This document shows positions 8,492 through 18,351 of a stretch of DNA of 64,000 bases, piece after piece. The stretch spans positions 1 through 64,000 of the forward strand of contig CAXGAI010000007.1 in assembly GCA_964007735.1 (NCBI GenBank), in the 5' to 3' direction. The notes below the pieces were generated by a model, which did no database searches, was not told the origin of the DNA, and worked only from the letters and a program-made list of their open reading frames with translations. Each line of letters opens with the position of its first letter. Positions within the stretch are counted from its first letter, which is position 1. The stretch comes from an uncultured Rhodopirellula sp. Lineage in GTDB: Bacteria > Planctomycetota > Planctomycetia > Pirellulales > Pirellulaceae. A program made the translations under genes and the position numbers.

Positions 8492-10585
8492 ATGTCTCTT
8501 CGAATTCTGATGCTTGTGGCTCTTTGGCCCTGTCTGTTAGTTGGCCAGCAGCCCATTGATACATCACGGGGCGATGCCATGCTTGCAAATTACTTTCAGT
8601 TGCGCACAAAAGCATTAGAGAATCGGTATCTGGAAGGGATTACTACCAAAGAAGACTGGCTTGAGAAACGTTCCGAATACGTGCAACAACTTCAGGAGAT
8701 GCTGGGCCTTAGCCCGATGCCGGAACGTACTGCTTTGCGTGCTAAAGTCACTGGAACGACAGAGCATGAAGAGTTTACGGTTGAGAATATTCATTTTCAA
8801 TCTCGCCCAGGGCTTTATGTGACGGGGAATCTATATATTCCTAAAGAGCGAAACGAAAAGTTACCAGCGATTCTCTACGTTTGTGGCCACGGCCGTGTGA
8901 AAGAAGGAGATGTTTCCTACGGTAACAAAGTGAACTATCACCATCATGGCAGCTGGTTCGCCAGAAATGGTTATGTTTGTTTGACGATTGATACCCTGCA
9001 ATTGGGTGAAATTGAAGGCATTCACCATGGAACTTACTCCTATGGCTACTTTTGGTGGCTTAATCGGGGTTATACACCGGCGGGGGTGGAGGCCTGGAAT
9101 TGTATTCGGGCCCTCGACTATTTGCAGAGCAGGGAAGAGGTGGATGGCGAACGCTTAGGTGTGACAGGACGTAGCGGTGGAGGTGCTTATAGTTGGTGGA
9201 TTGCGGCACTGGATCAAAGGATTAAAGTGGCAGTCCCGGTTGCTGGCATCACAGATTTACGGAACCATGTAGTGGACGGTACTGTTGAGGGGCATTGTGA
9301 CTGCATGTTCATGGTGAATACATATCAATGGGACTATCCCATGGTGGCTGCTTTGATGGCACCTCGTCCGCTGCTGATTAGCAATACGGATAATGATAGA
9401 ATCTTTCCGCTCGATGGCGTTTATCGCACGTTTGTTAAGACTCGTCAGGTCTACGAATTGTTGGGGGCAGCTGATAAAGTTTCTCTGCATGTGACATCGG
9501 GTCCTCATAAAGACACTCAGGAACTGCGGGTTCACGCCTTCCGTTGGTTCAATCATTTCCTGAAAGGTGACGATGATCTGATACGAGTGCCGGCAGAGAA
9601 ATTCTTTAAGCCGCAGGAGTTACAAGTCTTCAAAGAAGCTCTTCCACAGGACCAACAAAATACGAAGATCAGTCATTCGTTTGTACCGGTGGCTGATTTG
9701 CTGGACGTGGCAGATACGTCGGGCGCCGTGGATTTGTTAGTCGAGGATGTTCAGGACACTTTGCTGGCAAAGGCATTTCGAGCCTGGCCAGAAAATCCTG
9801 TTGACTTAAATGTACGTAAAATTGCAGATGCGTATGCGGAAGACCTAGTGATGACTTCCTATGATTTCATCAGTCAGGCAGGGATTAAATTAAGACTATA
9901 TACGGTACACCGTAAGGATCTTGTAAAAGCTTCGAAGGTCCTCTGTCAGGTGCAAAGTGATGAAGACTGGAACGATTTTCTGGGCTTTTATCAGGACGCT
10001 TTTGGCGATCGTGATGTTTTAAGTGACGAGGTGTTTCCGACGGAGACACCTGAAGGTTTGCCTGATTTTGAGGCGTTTCGCCAAAGGGCTCTCAAGAACG
10101 ATGCTGTCTGGGCCTATGTGGCCCCCCGGGGCATCGGACGTACGGTATGGGATCAGTCTCCCCGAAAACAGGTCCAACATCGCCGACGTTTTTACCTTTT
10201 AGGAGAATCGCTTGGTGGCATGCAGATTTGGGATGTACGGCGAGCGATCCAAACACTGAAAATGTTAAAGGTTAATGAAAACGCCAAATTGATGGTGCTC
10301 GGATCGAAAGGCCCGGCTTCTCTGGTTATGTACGCAAGTTTATTCGAAGAGCTAGATGCGATAGGGCTGGAAGCTCTCGCAGAATCGGATCTGGACACAG
10401 TTCCGATTCTCAATGCGAGTCGCTTCTTTTCCATCGATCAGATGTTTGCAGCAGCGGCCAGTCGCCAACGGACGATGATTAAAGAGATTCCTGCCCAATC
10501 GTTCCCCTATACCCGTAAAACGGCGGCAGTTCAGCAATGGTCTCAGGAGAAGTTCTTTTTTGTACCTGAAAACGAAGAAGATTAA
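8492..10585 (+). CDS. Secreted alpha/beta-hydrolase (acetylxylan-esterase-like) with degenerate second module
   Basis: Signal peptide, LYVCGH, RALDYL, nucleophile elbow GRSGGG, GHCDC, APRPLL; GAGGTG RBS before ATG 8492. Confidence 0.8.
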   Translation: MSLRILMLVALWPCLLVGQQPIDTSRGDAMLANYFQLRTKALENRYLEGITTKEDWLEKRSEYVQQLQEMLGLSPMPERTALRAKVTGTTEHEEFTVENIHFQSRPGLYVTGNLYIPKERNEKLPAILYVCGHGRVKEGDVSYGNKVNYHHHGSWFARNGYVCLTIDTLQLGEIEGIHHGTYSYGYFWWLNRGYTPAGVEAWNCIRALDYLQSREEVDGERLGVTGRSGGGAYSWWIAALDQRIKVAVPVAGITDLRNHVVDGTVEGHCDCMFMVNTYQWDYPMVAALMAPRPLLISNTDNDRIFPLDGVYRTFVKTRQVYELLGAADKVSLHVTSGPHKDTQELRVHAFRWFNHFLKGDDDLIRVPAEKFFKPQELQVFKEALPQDQQNTKISHSFVPVADLLDVADTSGAVDLLVEDVQDTLLAKAFRAWPENPVDLNVRKIADAYAEDLVMTSYDFISQAGIKLRLYTVHRKDLVKASKVLCQVQSDEDWNDFLGFYQDAFGDRDVLSDEVFPTETPEGLPDFEAFRQRALKNDAVWAYVAPRGIGRTVWDQSPRKQVQHRRRFYLLGESLGGMQIWDVRRAIQTLKMLKVNENAKLMVLGSKGPASLVMYASLFEELDAIGLEALAESDLDTVPILNASRFFSIDQMFAAAASRQRTMIKEIPAQSFPYTRKTAAVQQWSQEKFFFVPENEED

Positions 10586-10592
10586 AGCCCGT

Positions 10593-11849
10593 TTAGCGAA
10601 CTCGGCACTTGAATGTAACCTGTGCGGACTGACCGACGTTCATCGGTTCGATTATTTCCCAGCGAAGAATGGCACTGTCCTTGCCCGTTGGATTCACGAA
10701 GAATTCAGATTCGACCGTGCAGTTCTGGCTGTCTTCCACATAGGCAAGTCGACGGCTTAGGTGATCAACAATCGTGACATTCCCAATTGCCTTATCCCCG
10801 GTATTTTTGAAGGTGATCGTGAATTCAAGTAGCTCTCCGGGTAATGCGTCTTGTTTCGATGCGACCTTTTTAATATCCAGTCGGCTATTACCGTCAGCAA
10901 TTTCGTAGTGGTAATTGGTTTGAATTCTATTGTTGGCCAGTATTTTGTAGGGTAGCAGGTCATACGCGTACTCTTTGACGGTCTCTTCGTCGCTTTGAGC
11001 CAGTGCCGTTTGCTGCTGAATACTAAGCTGCGCTTCCTGAGAATTTTTGATGTTCACTTTGGTGTTGAGCAGATCGCCGACCTGAGGCTTTAGCATTTGG
11101 CTATCCTCGGTACTGGCAACTTGATGTGCCATATCTCGTAACTTCTGATTTTCACGATAAAGAGAACTTGCACGTGTTCCAATGTTTCGTTGGGTCGAAA
11201 CATGCTGCTTGACTTGTTCTTGCCCGATATTTTGAGCCGTGCCATCTAATGCCAGTGGACTGTCTACGGCATAGACATGATCTTGATGACGATATTGATT
11301 AAGACCATCGATACGGCGTATCGAGGCAAAACGAGGGGCATAAATTGGAATGCGATTAGTGCGTTCGATTTCGATTTTACCGTCTAACGTATGATAGTGT
11401 GCGATTGTATCTTCCTCATCAAGGTTGTCGATGCTGAAGTCCTGAGCGACGTTCGTGAGTTGGTAGGCATCACCACCCTGATATACATATTCGTCCTCAG
11501 GGAATGGACCTAAGATCCCCGGGGGCGTCCATGGAGCTGGGTAGGGAATACCTGCGTTTGGACCGGTATAGGCTTGCGGAGGTAGGGTGGCCGGTCCCTG
11601 CTGTGTCGCGACTCCCGCCGGAAGGCGTTGTTGATGAGCAGCAGGACTTGCCCGATGAATTGGCTTTGAGTTAGCATCACTGACCGTTAGACTCGCTGGT
11701 TGATTTGGGCGAGGTATATTTTCGAAGGATTGTTTTTCCAGTGGGCCGGATGATGTCGTCCCCGGGGTTATGCAACCCATCATGCTAGCCAGGAAAACGC
11801 TTAAAACCAGGTAGCTTCGGGAAGATGTTTTCATTGTTTTGCTCATCAC
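10593..11849 (-). CDS. Lipoprotein with C-terminal DUF11 (Ig-like) domain
   Basis: Lipobox-like SMMGC; C-terminal KKVASKQDALPGELLEFTITFKNTGD..NVTIVDHL..LAYV. Confidence 0.75.
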   Translation of the reverse strand: MMSKTMKTSSRSYLVLSVFLASMMGCITPGTTSSGPLEKQSFENIPRPNQPASLTVSDANSKPIHRASPAAHQQRLPAGVATQQGPATLPPQAYTGPNAGIPYPAPWTPPGILGPFPEDEYVYQGGDAYQLTNVAQDFSIDNLDEEDTIAHYHTLDGKIEIERTNRIPIYAPRFASIRRIDGLNQYRHQDHVYAVDSPLALDGTAQNIGQEQVKQHVSTQRNIGTRASSLYRENQKLRDMAHQVASTEDSQMLKPQVGDLLNTKVNIKNSQEAQLSIQQQTALAQSDEETVKEYAYDLLPYKILANNRIQTNYHYEIADGNSRLDIKKVASKQDALPGELLEFTITFKNTGDKAIGNVTIVDHLSRRLAYVEDSQNCTVESEFFVNPTGKDSAILRWEIIEPMNVGQSAQVTFKCRVR

Positions 11850-11854
11850 TACGT

Positions 11855-12628
11855 CTACCTCAGGCGTCCAATGGAAGGTGTACTGATAATAGCCCGTTGC
11901 AGTTGGTCTTCTGGAACGTTGGATTGTTTGACCGGCATAATAGTGCGTACCGGCGGTGAGGAAAACATGAAGCGTCCGGTCTGACGGTCCATACGTGGCT
12001 GTTTTGAACCCATTCGCAATATAGCCATAGGACGTCCGAGTTGGTCAGCGACTCGTAACGGATCTTCATTAAACCGAACATCAAAGAAACGTTGGCGATT
12101 CGCGTCGTCCTGCACAACGACAGGATTTGTCGGATCTTCCAGATAGATAACTCGGGTGATGAACATTCCTTCTGCTGCCATTCGCAATTCCTGAGCGGTG
12201 AGGTGAATTGGAATAGGGAATCGCGTCTCGAGTCCAGCTGGAGGATGGAGCCGATCTAAGAGTTCAACGGTTGGGAATAGTTCCGTTCCCGGAAGACCGG
12301 GTATTTCAGTAATTTTGAAACGATAAGGGCTTCCGATAAGTAACCCGACATTGAGCGTCGAAGGTTGCCCGGCTACGAATTTCCCTTCGTTAGCAACTGC
12401 TATTTTGCCGCCTTGCGGACAGCGTACCTGAGTCGGCTGGAAATAGCCTGGAATAGGTCCGCCTCGTAAGAGCATTTGAGAACCAACATGCCCTGGTGGC
12501 ATTAAGGCATGATTGGGGTAGTGTGCATTCGGTGCCGGACGGAACTGCTGTGCATGCAGGGAGTTCGCCCCGGTAAAAACCGCCAAGACGGTGAATGCGA
12601 TCGTAAGTTTTTGAAAGGAGGAAATCAT
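11855..12628 (-). CDS. Secreted hypothetical protein; shares a domain with 12760..13830
   Basis: Signal peptide (ANSLHA-QQ); ELFPTVE..TRVIYLEDP..EDPLRVAD..MAILRMG. Confidence 0.8.
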   Translation of the reverse strand: MISSFQKLTIAFTVLAVFTGANSLHAQQFRPAPNAHYPNHALMPPGHVGSQMLLRGGPIPGYFQPTQVRCPQGGKIAVANEGKFVAGQPSTLNVGLLIGSPYRFKITEIPGLPGTELFPTVELLDRLHPPAGLETRFPIPIHLTAQELRMAAEGMFITRVIYLEDPTNPVVVQDDANRQRFFDVRFNEDPLRVADQLGRPMAILRMGSKQPRMDRQTGRFMFSSPPVRTIMPVKQSNVPEDQLQRAIISTPSIGRLR

Positions 12629-12759
12629 CGATCGAAATTTGGTTGGTTGTTTCAGCCTTGGGAGGCCAGTCTGTTATGCAGCTAACGCCCACAAGTGAAT
12701 CCGGATGTTCCACTCGTGGGCATTGTCTGCTTATTTAACGTCGCTGGTTAAAAACCATA

Positions 12760-13830
12760 TTATTGTTGCGGAACAACCTGATTACGAACTCGCTGGGGCT
12801 GTCGGTTAATGGCAGCCGGATTGTAGTTGTGCTCACGAATACGAACGGTGTCTACAGGTTGTGGATAGCTGTAACCGGGTGTTTGTCGCATATGAACATT
12901 GAAATGCTGGACAGGCTCCGGCATATTCACCTTGGTGTGATTATGCATAGTATATGACTGAAGACCGGCAGGAGCTCCAAATGGAAGATGTGGAGGGCCT
13001 GGTACCCCGATGTTGGTTGCGGTCATGGGAGTGCCCCATGGTGGAGTGGAAAGCCCTGAAACGTAGTTTGGCGCCATCGTCATCGGTAATGCCGGACCAG
13101 CCTGTACACCCTGCATAAAGGCAGCAGGAGCAGCTGCTGGTGCTGCCGGATTCACAGCTTTTAATTTGTTACCCATTCGCAGGATAGCCATGATACTACC
13201 GCGTCGATCTGCTTCGACGATCGGATCGTCGCCTGGATCAAGACGAGTGCTGACAAGGGTCTCTACATTCGCCAGTGCCAGATCTTGAAATTCCGGATCT
13301 GGAAGGTAAATGACTTTAGTGACATAGTTGCCAGTTGCAACCTGATCAAAATCCTCGTTGGTGAACTGTATAGGAATTGCATTGTGGTCCAGGTAAGCCG
13401 CAGTACGTGGATTTACAGGAGCAATTTCAATCGTCGGGAACAACTCAACAGCTTCGTGCCCTTCGATATTACTTAATTTCATACGAGCTATGTCTCCGTT
13501 GGTTCCAACCATAAAATCATGACGAGCTGGTGTCACCAGTGTTTGACCTTCATAGCTACCATTACGAGTCGTATCGATCCCAATCTGCATACCGGTTGGT
13601 CGGTTGAAGATAACTTGTATCGACAGCCCCGGTGATGGTGCGGGACCAAGTTGCGGTTGCATCATCGGTGCCTGAGGCATCAATACGCCCGGTCCGGGAC
13701 CATCAACACCAGGTCCGGGATGAAGCAGCTGATCAGCTGGAGGCAGATTATGTTGCTCGAAGGTTTGGCAACCAGTTGTCATCAGGGCTGCGATTGCGAC
13801 TACCGCCCATAATTTTGAAAAAGTCTTCAT
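12760..13830 (-). CDS. Pro-rich hypothetical lipoprotein
   Basis: Start MKTFSKLW.. after GGGGGAAAAC; lipobox MTTGC; ELFPTIE..TKVIYLPDP..DDPIVEAD..MAILRMG. Confidence 0.8.
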   Translation of the reverse strand: MKTFSKLWAVVAIAALMTTGCQTFEQHNLPPADQLLHPGPGVDGPGPGVLMPQAPMMQPQLGPAPSPGLSIQVIFNRPTGMQIGIDTTRNGSYEGQTLVTPARHDFMVGTNGDIARMKLSNIEGHEAVELFPTIEIAPVNPRTAAYLDHNAIPIQFTNEDFDQVATGNYVTKVIYLPDPEFQDLALANVETLVSTRLDPGDDPIVEADRRGSIMAILRMGNKLKAVNPAAPAAAPAAFMQGVQAGPALPMTMAPNYVSGLSTPPWGTPMTATNIGVPGPPHLPFGAPAGLQSYTMHNHTKVNMPEPVQHFNVHMRQTPGYSYPQPVDTVRIREHNYNPAAINRQPQRVRNQVVPQQ

Positions 13831-14102
13831 GTTTTCCCCCATGGCAGTTTTACTTGCACAACGGTAAATGGAATTTGCTATTGAGTTTTGACTCGTATGT
13901 TTACAGCCCATCCGGAGCTGAAAAGTTTTTGTATGATGTTCGATTCGAAATTGATTGAGCTTTACCCCTGAATAGAGAAACATCTAAAATGTTTCTAACT
14001 CAAAGGAGGTACCGATATCGGCGCAAGGAAACAATAGTTCCTTGTGGGCAGTAATCGGCACGTTACAGCACGAATCTTTGATAAAATCGGCACAACCGGA
14101 CT

Positions 14103-15113
14103 ATGAAGTACAAATTACCTATACTTACATGTCTTGTTTTGACAGGTTTTATTCTGTCTGGGCCTAAAAACGCTTACCAAAACAGCCCTATTTCCCCCAG
14201 TTTGAAAGCCCAGACACCGCCTACGTCGGAAAATAATTCTTCGCTTAATGTTGGAATTCCAGTCGATACCGATGGGAATCCCATGGATATACCCGCTGAA
14301 TCCAAAGCGACGGAGCAGGGTGGGGCTGAAGAGTTATTGACAGATTCGAAGACGATTTTGAAGCGAGCGATTGCCCAACTGCACTCAGAATCCCGTTTTC
14401 AGGCTTCGGTTCGTCATAAGATTCGTATGTTTGACCAGCAACTGGTCGGAACAGGTCACTACCGGCAATTTGGCAATGATTCAATCAAAAGGCTAAGGTT
14501 CGAGCTTAAAACTCAGGTGGGGGAAAAGACTTCAAGTGTGATTCAGGTTTGCGATGGACGTCACCTTTGGACACGTGAAAACCTTGCGGAAGGGACCACT
14601 CTGAGTCGTATCGATGTTCGTTTTATTCAGGATGAACTAGCGGAATACGAGCGAGAAAATGGGATTGTGAAATTTACGGCTAACTGGGGTGCTAACATTG
14701 CTATGGGGGGACTGCCGCGATTACTGACCTCGATTGATTTCTGTTTCGAGTTTGGAAGTGTCAGGGAAGCTACTTATGAAGACATTCCGGTTTGGGTGAT
14801 GAGCGGTGCTTGGAAGCAGGGAGTGAAAGATCGAATTATTGAGCAATTCGATTCAGGCACCCAATTGCCAACTCATCTACCTGATGCAGTCCAGTTGGTA
14901 TTAGGTCGTGATGTCGAATTCAAGTTCATTCCTAGAGAAATTCAGTATTTGAGAGTTTTGGCAGACAATACCGTTAGACCAATGGTATCCTTGCAACTTT
15001 ATGACATTACTCGATTAGTCGACATGAATGCTGCTCAGTTTGAATACCAACGTGGTGAACAGGTAATTGTCGATCGCACTCAGGCCTTCCTCGACAAGTA
15101 CATGACGGAGTAA
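14103..15113 (+). CDS. Exported hypothetical protein, possibly LolA-like fold
   Basis: N-terminal hydrophobic segment; beta-rich, QVCDGRHLWT and C-terminal FEY..DRT pattern resemble LolA-superfamily proteins (weak). Confidence 0.6.
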   Translation: MKYKLPILTCLVLTGFILSGPKNAYQNSPISPSLKAQTPPTSENNSSLNVGIPVDTDGNPMDIPAESKATEQGGAEELLTDSKTILKRAIAQLHSESRFQASVRHKIRMFDQQLVGTGHYRQFGNDSIKRLRFELKTQVGEKTSSVIQVCDGRHLWTRENLAEGTTLSRIDVRFIQDELAEYERENGIVKFTANWGANIAMGGLPRLLTSIDFCFEFGSVREATYEDIPVWVMSGAWKQGVKDRIIEQFDSGTQLPTHLPDAVQLVLGRDVEFKFIPREIQYLRVLADNTVRPMVSLQLYDITRLVDMNAAQFEYQRGEQVIVDRTQAFLDKYMTE

Positions 15114-15215
15114 TGGCTTGCGAGAAGTTGGATAGGCCTGGTAGTAGGCCTTACCAGTTCATAAGCCTACGTTTACACTAAGAACGTAGCGATTGACTTA
15201 CCTGTCGAAAGGGCC

Positions 15216-15875
15216 ATGGGTGTGGCACGTATTTTCTTTGTTCTGGCATGTTTCGCCACGGTGCTTTTAATTTCCAATTTCGGAGTTGGGCTGTGGGTAG
15301 GTGATCTCAACGGTAATGCGTCTGCGGTTAAAGAAGCAAGCAATGCCTACGCTCAGGCTAGAGTGAAAATGGACGAACAGGCGGTCGCAGCGGCCGAGGC
15401 AGCTTTGAGACTTGCGGCTGAGAATCACGCGCCTGCCAAAAAAAGACATAGTCTTCATTTTTTGTTGGGAGTCTTCACCGCCATTATTTGTGTTTTGGTC
15501 AATGCGATTAGCATGACCTACTTCATTGGTACGACCAAGTGGTGTAATGAAGTTGTGGATGCTTATCGTCTTGATCCCGAGTTCGCTCACCGCAGCACCC
15601 GACTTAAGAAGAGTACCTTTCCCTGGTCACTCACGGGAGTACTCATGATCATTCTGATTGTTGCTTTTGGTGGTGCCTCTGATCCGGCCACAGAAATAAG
15701 TTCGAGTGCTGACTGGGTGAGTGTTCACTTTATTTTGTCTATTCTGGGAACGATGTTCCTGATCTTTTCATTCCTTCAGCAGGTCGGAAAGATCGGTGCT
15801 CACTACGAAATAATTCAAGAGATCGTTGCCGCGACAGAAATACGGAAAAAGGAAATAGGACAAGCAGAAGTCTAA
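15216..15875 (+). CDS. Hypothetical multi-pass membrane protein
   Basis: Four hydrophobic helices; GAAAGGG RBS. Confidence 0.75.
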   Translation: MGVARIFFVLACFATVLLISNFGVGLWVGDLNGNASAVKEASNAYAQARVKMDEQAVAAAEAALRLAAENHAPAKKRHSLHFLLGVFTAIICVLVNAISMTYFIGTTKWCNEVVDAYRLDPEFAHRSTRLKKSTFPWSLTGVLMIILIVAFGGASDPATEISSSADWVSVHFILSILGTMFLIFSFLQQVGKIGAHYEIIQEIVAATEIRKKEIGQAEV

Positions 15876-15890
15876 GTTGTCGAAGGAAGT

Positions 15891-16490
15891 TTATTCCAAT
15901 GCTTCTTTGATTTCGTCCTTCAGGTCTTCGACAGCATTGTCGACCGTATCATCGATTGTCTGCTCGGCGTCGCGTTGTTGAATGATCAAATCAAGCTTGT
16001 CAAAATGCTCGTTGACCGGTTCCACGATATCCTCAGGAATCACCTTTCGGATCGCCGACACCATCTTATTGACGTAAACACCTGACTTTGAATTGCCAAT
16101 GGTTTCATGAGACTCTTCATCGGTAAAAGCGATCATGATGACCGTTAGTAGACAACAGAGCAGGGCACCGTTTACGATCCCCATGAGTCCGCCAGTTTGA
16201 TGGTCGAAGGTTTTCATGTCGTGCTTTTCAAGCCTCTTTTGTAGAAAACTATGAACCATCCAGATTGCCAGCGAGGTTAATATGTAGATGGCGCCCATGG
16301 CTAAGTACTTGTTCCAGGGTTCACCAATATCGCTCATGGCGTTTGCCAAACCACCGTGGAATTCTCTGGCTACAAAAAAACTCACGACGATGGAACTAAC
16401 CATGCTGATTTGCCAGATCATGCCTTTCCAGGCGCCGATCAGAATAGAGCCTCCGAGCACGACGGCCATGATGAGATCAAATGTTTGCAT
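15891..16490 (-). CDS. CvpA-family membrane protein
   Basis: GAWKGMIWQI, FDHQTGGLMGIVNG, SKS motif; GGAGG RBS abutting dtd stop. Confidence 0.8.
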   Translation of the reverse strand: MQTFDLIMAVVLGGSILIGAWKGMIWQISMVSSIVVSFFVAREFHGGLANAMSDIGEPWNKYLAMGAIYILTSLAIWMVHSFLQKRLEKHDMKTFDHQTGGLMGIVNGALLCCLLTVIMIAFTDEESHETIGNSKSGVYVNKMVSAIRKVIPEDIVEPVNEHFDKLDLIIQQRDAEQTIDDTVDNAVEDLKDEIKEALE

Positions 16491-16501
16491 CGTCGAGCCT
16501 C

Positions 16502-16942
16502 CTACCAAGATTCCAGAAGCATGGTGACAGGACCTTCATTTACAATAGTTACCTGCATGTCTGCGCCGAAGGAGCCGGTGGCAACTCGTACACCGCGCAG
16601 CGCCATTTCGGTAACAAATTGCTCGTAAAGCGGCTCCGCAACTTCCGGAGGTGCGGCATTGGTGAAACTGGGGCGACGCCCTTTACGGCAATCACCCCAA
16701 AGAGTGAATTGGCTTACGATGAGGATTTCTCCCTGTACATCCTGAAGGCTGAGGTTCATTTTACCATTGTCATCTTCGAAGATTCTTAAACCTGCAATCT
16801 TATCGCACATTTGCACGATCTCTTTGGAGGTGTCGTCAGGGCCAATGCCAACGAATACTAGCAATCCCAAGTCAATTTGCCCGACGACTTCTCGGGCGAC
16901 GGCAACACTGGCATGGCTGACCCGTTGTAAAACAACTCGCAT
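16502..16942 (-). CDS. dtd: D-aminoacyl-tRNA deacylase
   Basis: MRVVLQRV, LRIFED, SQFTL, KGRRPSF, NEGPVT. Confidence 0.97.
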   Translation of the reverse strand: MRVVLQRVSHASVAVAREVVGQIDLGLLVFVGIGPDDTSKEIVQMCDKIAGLRIFEDDNGKMNLSLQDVQGEILIVSQFTLWGDCRKGRRPSFTNAAPPEVAEPLYEQFVTEMALRGVRVATGSFGADMQVTIVNEGPVTMLLESW

Positions 16943-17130
16943 TGGTAAACTATCTAATGACTGGCAGGAACGGGGAATGTTTTGAACTTAAATGAAACAG
17001 AACTTTTCATGAATCAGAACAAGATTAACAAATTCGAGTCATTGGTGACTAGAAGAATTTGGGTTTGTGTCAGTGAATACGAGGAATTGGAGTTGGAAAA
17101 CCGGTCCGTTTACAGGGTGCCCTAACCGGC

Positions 17131-18345
17131 CTATTGTTGTTGCGCAGCTCTGACTCGGTTAATCCCGATAAGGGCTTCTTCATTTTTCGGGTTGATCCCA
17201 AGGGCTCCGCTATACCAACTGACGGCCGCCTGGTAATCGCCGAGTTGCTCGGCGATGCTTGCGATCTTTACTCGGATTCCGGCATTGTCGGTCTGCTGGG
17301 CTGCCTGCACGTTTAGCTCGATGTATTCCAACTTTAGGGTTTTGATTTGTTCATGTTTATTAAAAGCTTCGTTGGCGGCATCGGTTTGACCTAGTTGCCG
17401 TAGTACGTTGGATAACTGGAAGAATACGCGGTCATTCCCAGGATCGAGTCGTGCGGCATTTTCCAGTGCCTGCTTAGCCTCAGCCGGTTTGCCAGTTTGC
17501 ATGGCAATGAGACCGAGAATTCGCTGGCCGTGGGGCAGGGTGGGGGATCTCCGTATGCTGTGGCGAACCCATTCTTCTGCTTTGTCGAAGTCTCCTAACG
17601 CCATTGCACATTCCGCCCGATAAGCAAGGGCTGTAGCTTGTATTGTTTCGGTTGCGTCAGAGGAAAGCTGCTGGAGTTGCTTTTCGGCGTCCTGATACTT
17701 TCTTATACGGATATAAACTTCGGCCAATTCCGTTCGTATTTCATCGACCTGGTTAAATGTTGAGTCAGTTTGTGCGCGTTCAAGAGATTCGAGGTAGTGA
17801 GTGATTGCTAATTCATTTTTTTCAAAGTCTTTACTGATCAAGCCCATAAGGCGGTCGGGGCGGGGATCCTCGGGAACGAGTTCAGAAACGCGTTCGCAGT
17901 GTCGCATGGCCTGTTGAAGTGCGCCAAAATCATAGTAGTTGGCAATGAGAAGGCGGTGGGCGTCGGCGTTGTCCGGAAATTCGACTGCAATTTCTTCCAG
18001 TGTACGCATCGTTGATGGCATATCCTGAACAGCCGTGAAACAGTGAACGGCAAGCATCATACAGTCTTCACGGATTCGCTTGTCGCTGGCGATTTCTCCA
18101 ACGCGTTGCATTACAGCATCGTAATTTAACACGTTCATGTAAAGGTTCGCTTCCAGGAATTGAATTTCGACTTGGGCATCTTTATGTTCAGCTAATTCGT
18201 TTTTAATTTGGCGAACCGACTCCCAGTCTTCAATTCTGATTGCTTCGCGTCCTCGCCGGAGTAATTCATCGACAGTCTGCTCAGAGGAACAGCCGGACTG
18301 GAATGTGCAGGCGACGAGAAGTGAAATGAGAAGCAAGCGAGACAT
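17131..18345 (-). CDS. TPR-repeat lipoprotein
   Basis: Lipobox-like QSGC; many 34-aa helical repeats (A...DP.N...). Confidence 0.85.
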   Translation of the reverse strand: MSRLLLISLLVACTFQSGCSSEQTVDELLRRGREAIRIEDWESVRQIKNELAEHKDAQVEIQFLEANLYMNVLNYDAVMQRVGEIASDKRIREDCMMLAVHCFTAVQDMPSTMRTLEEIAVEFPDNADAHRLLIANYYDFGALQQAMRHCERVSELVPEDPRPDRLMGLISKDFEKNELAITHYLESLERAQTDSTFNQVDEIRTELAEVYIRIRKYQDAEKQLQQLSSDATETIQATALAYRAECAMALGDFDKAEEWVRHSIRRSPTLPHGQRILGLIAMQTGKPAEAKQALENAARLDPGNDRVFFQLSNVLRQLGQTDAANEAFNKHEQIKTLKLEYIELNVQAAQQTDNAGIRVKIASIAEQLGDYQAAVSWYSGALGINPKNEEALIGINRVRAAQQQ

Positions 18346-18351
18346 AAGGAA

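Noticed and set aside
15891..16490. CvpA as evidence of a bacteriocin locus
   Set aside because: CvpA-family genes are widespread membrane proteins; no precursor, immunity or exporter gene is nearby.
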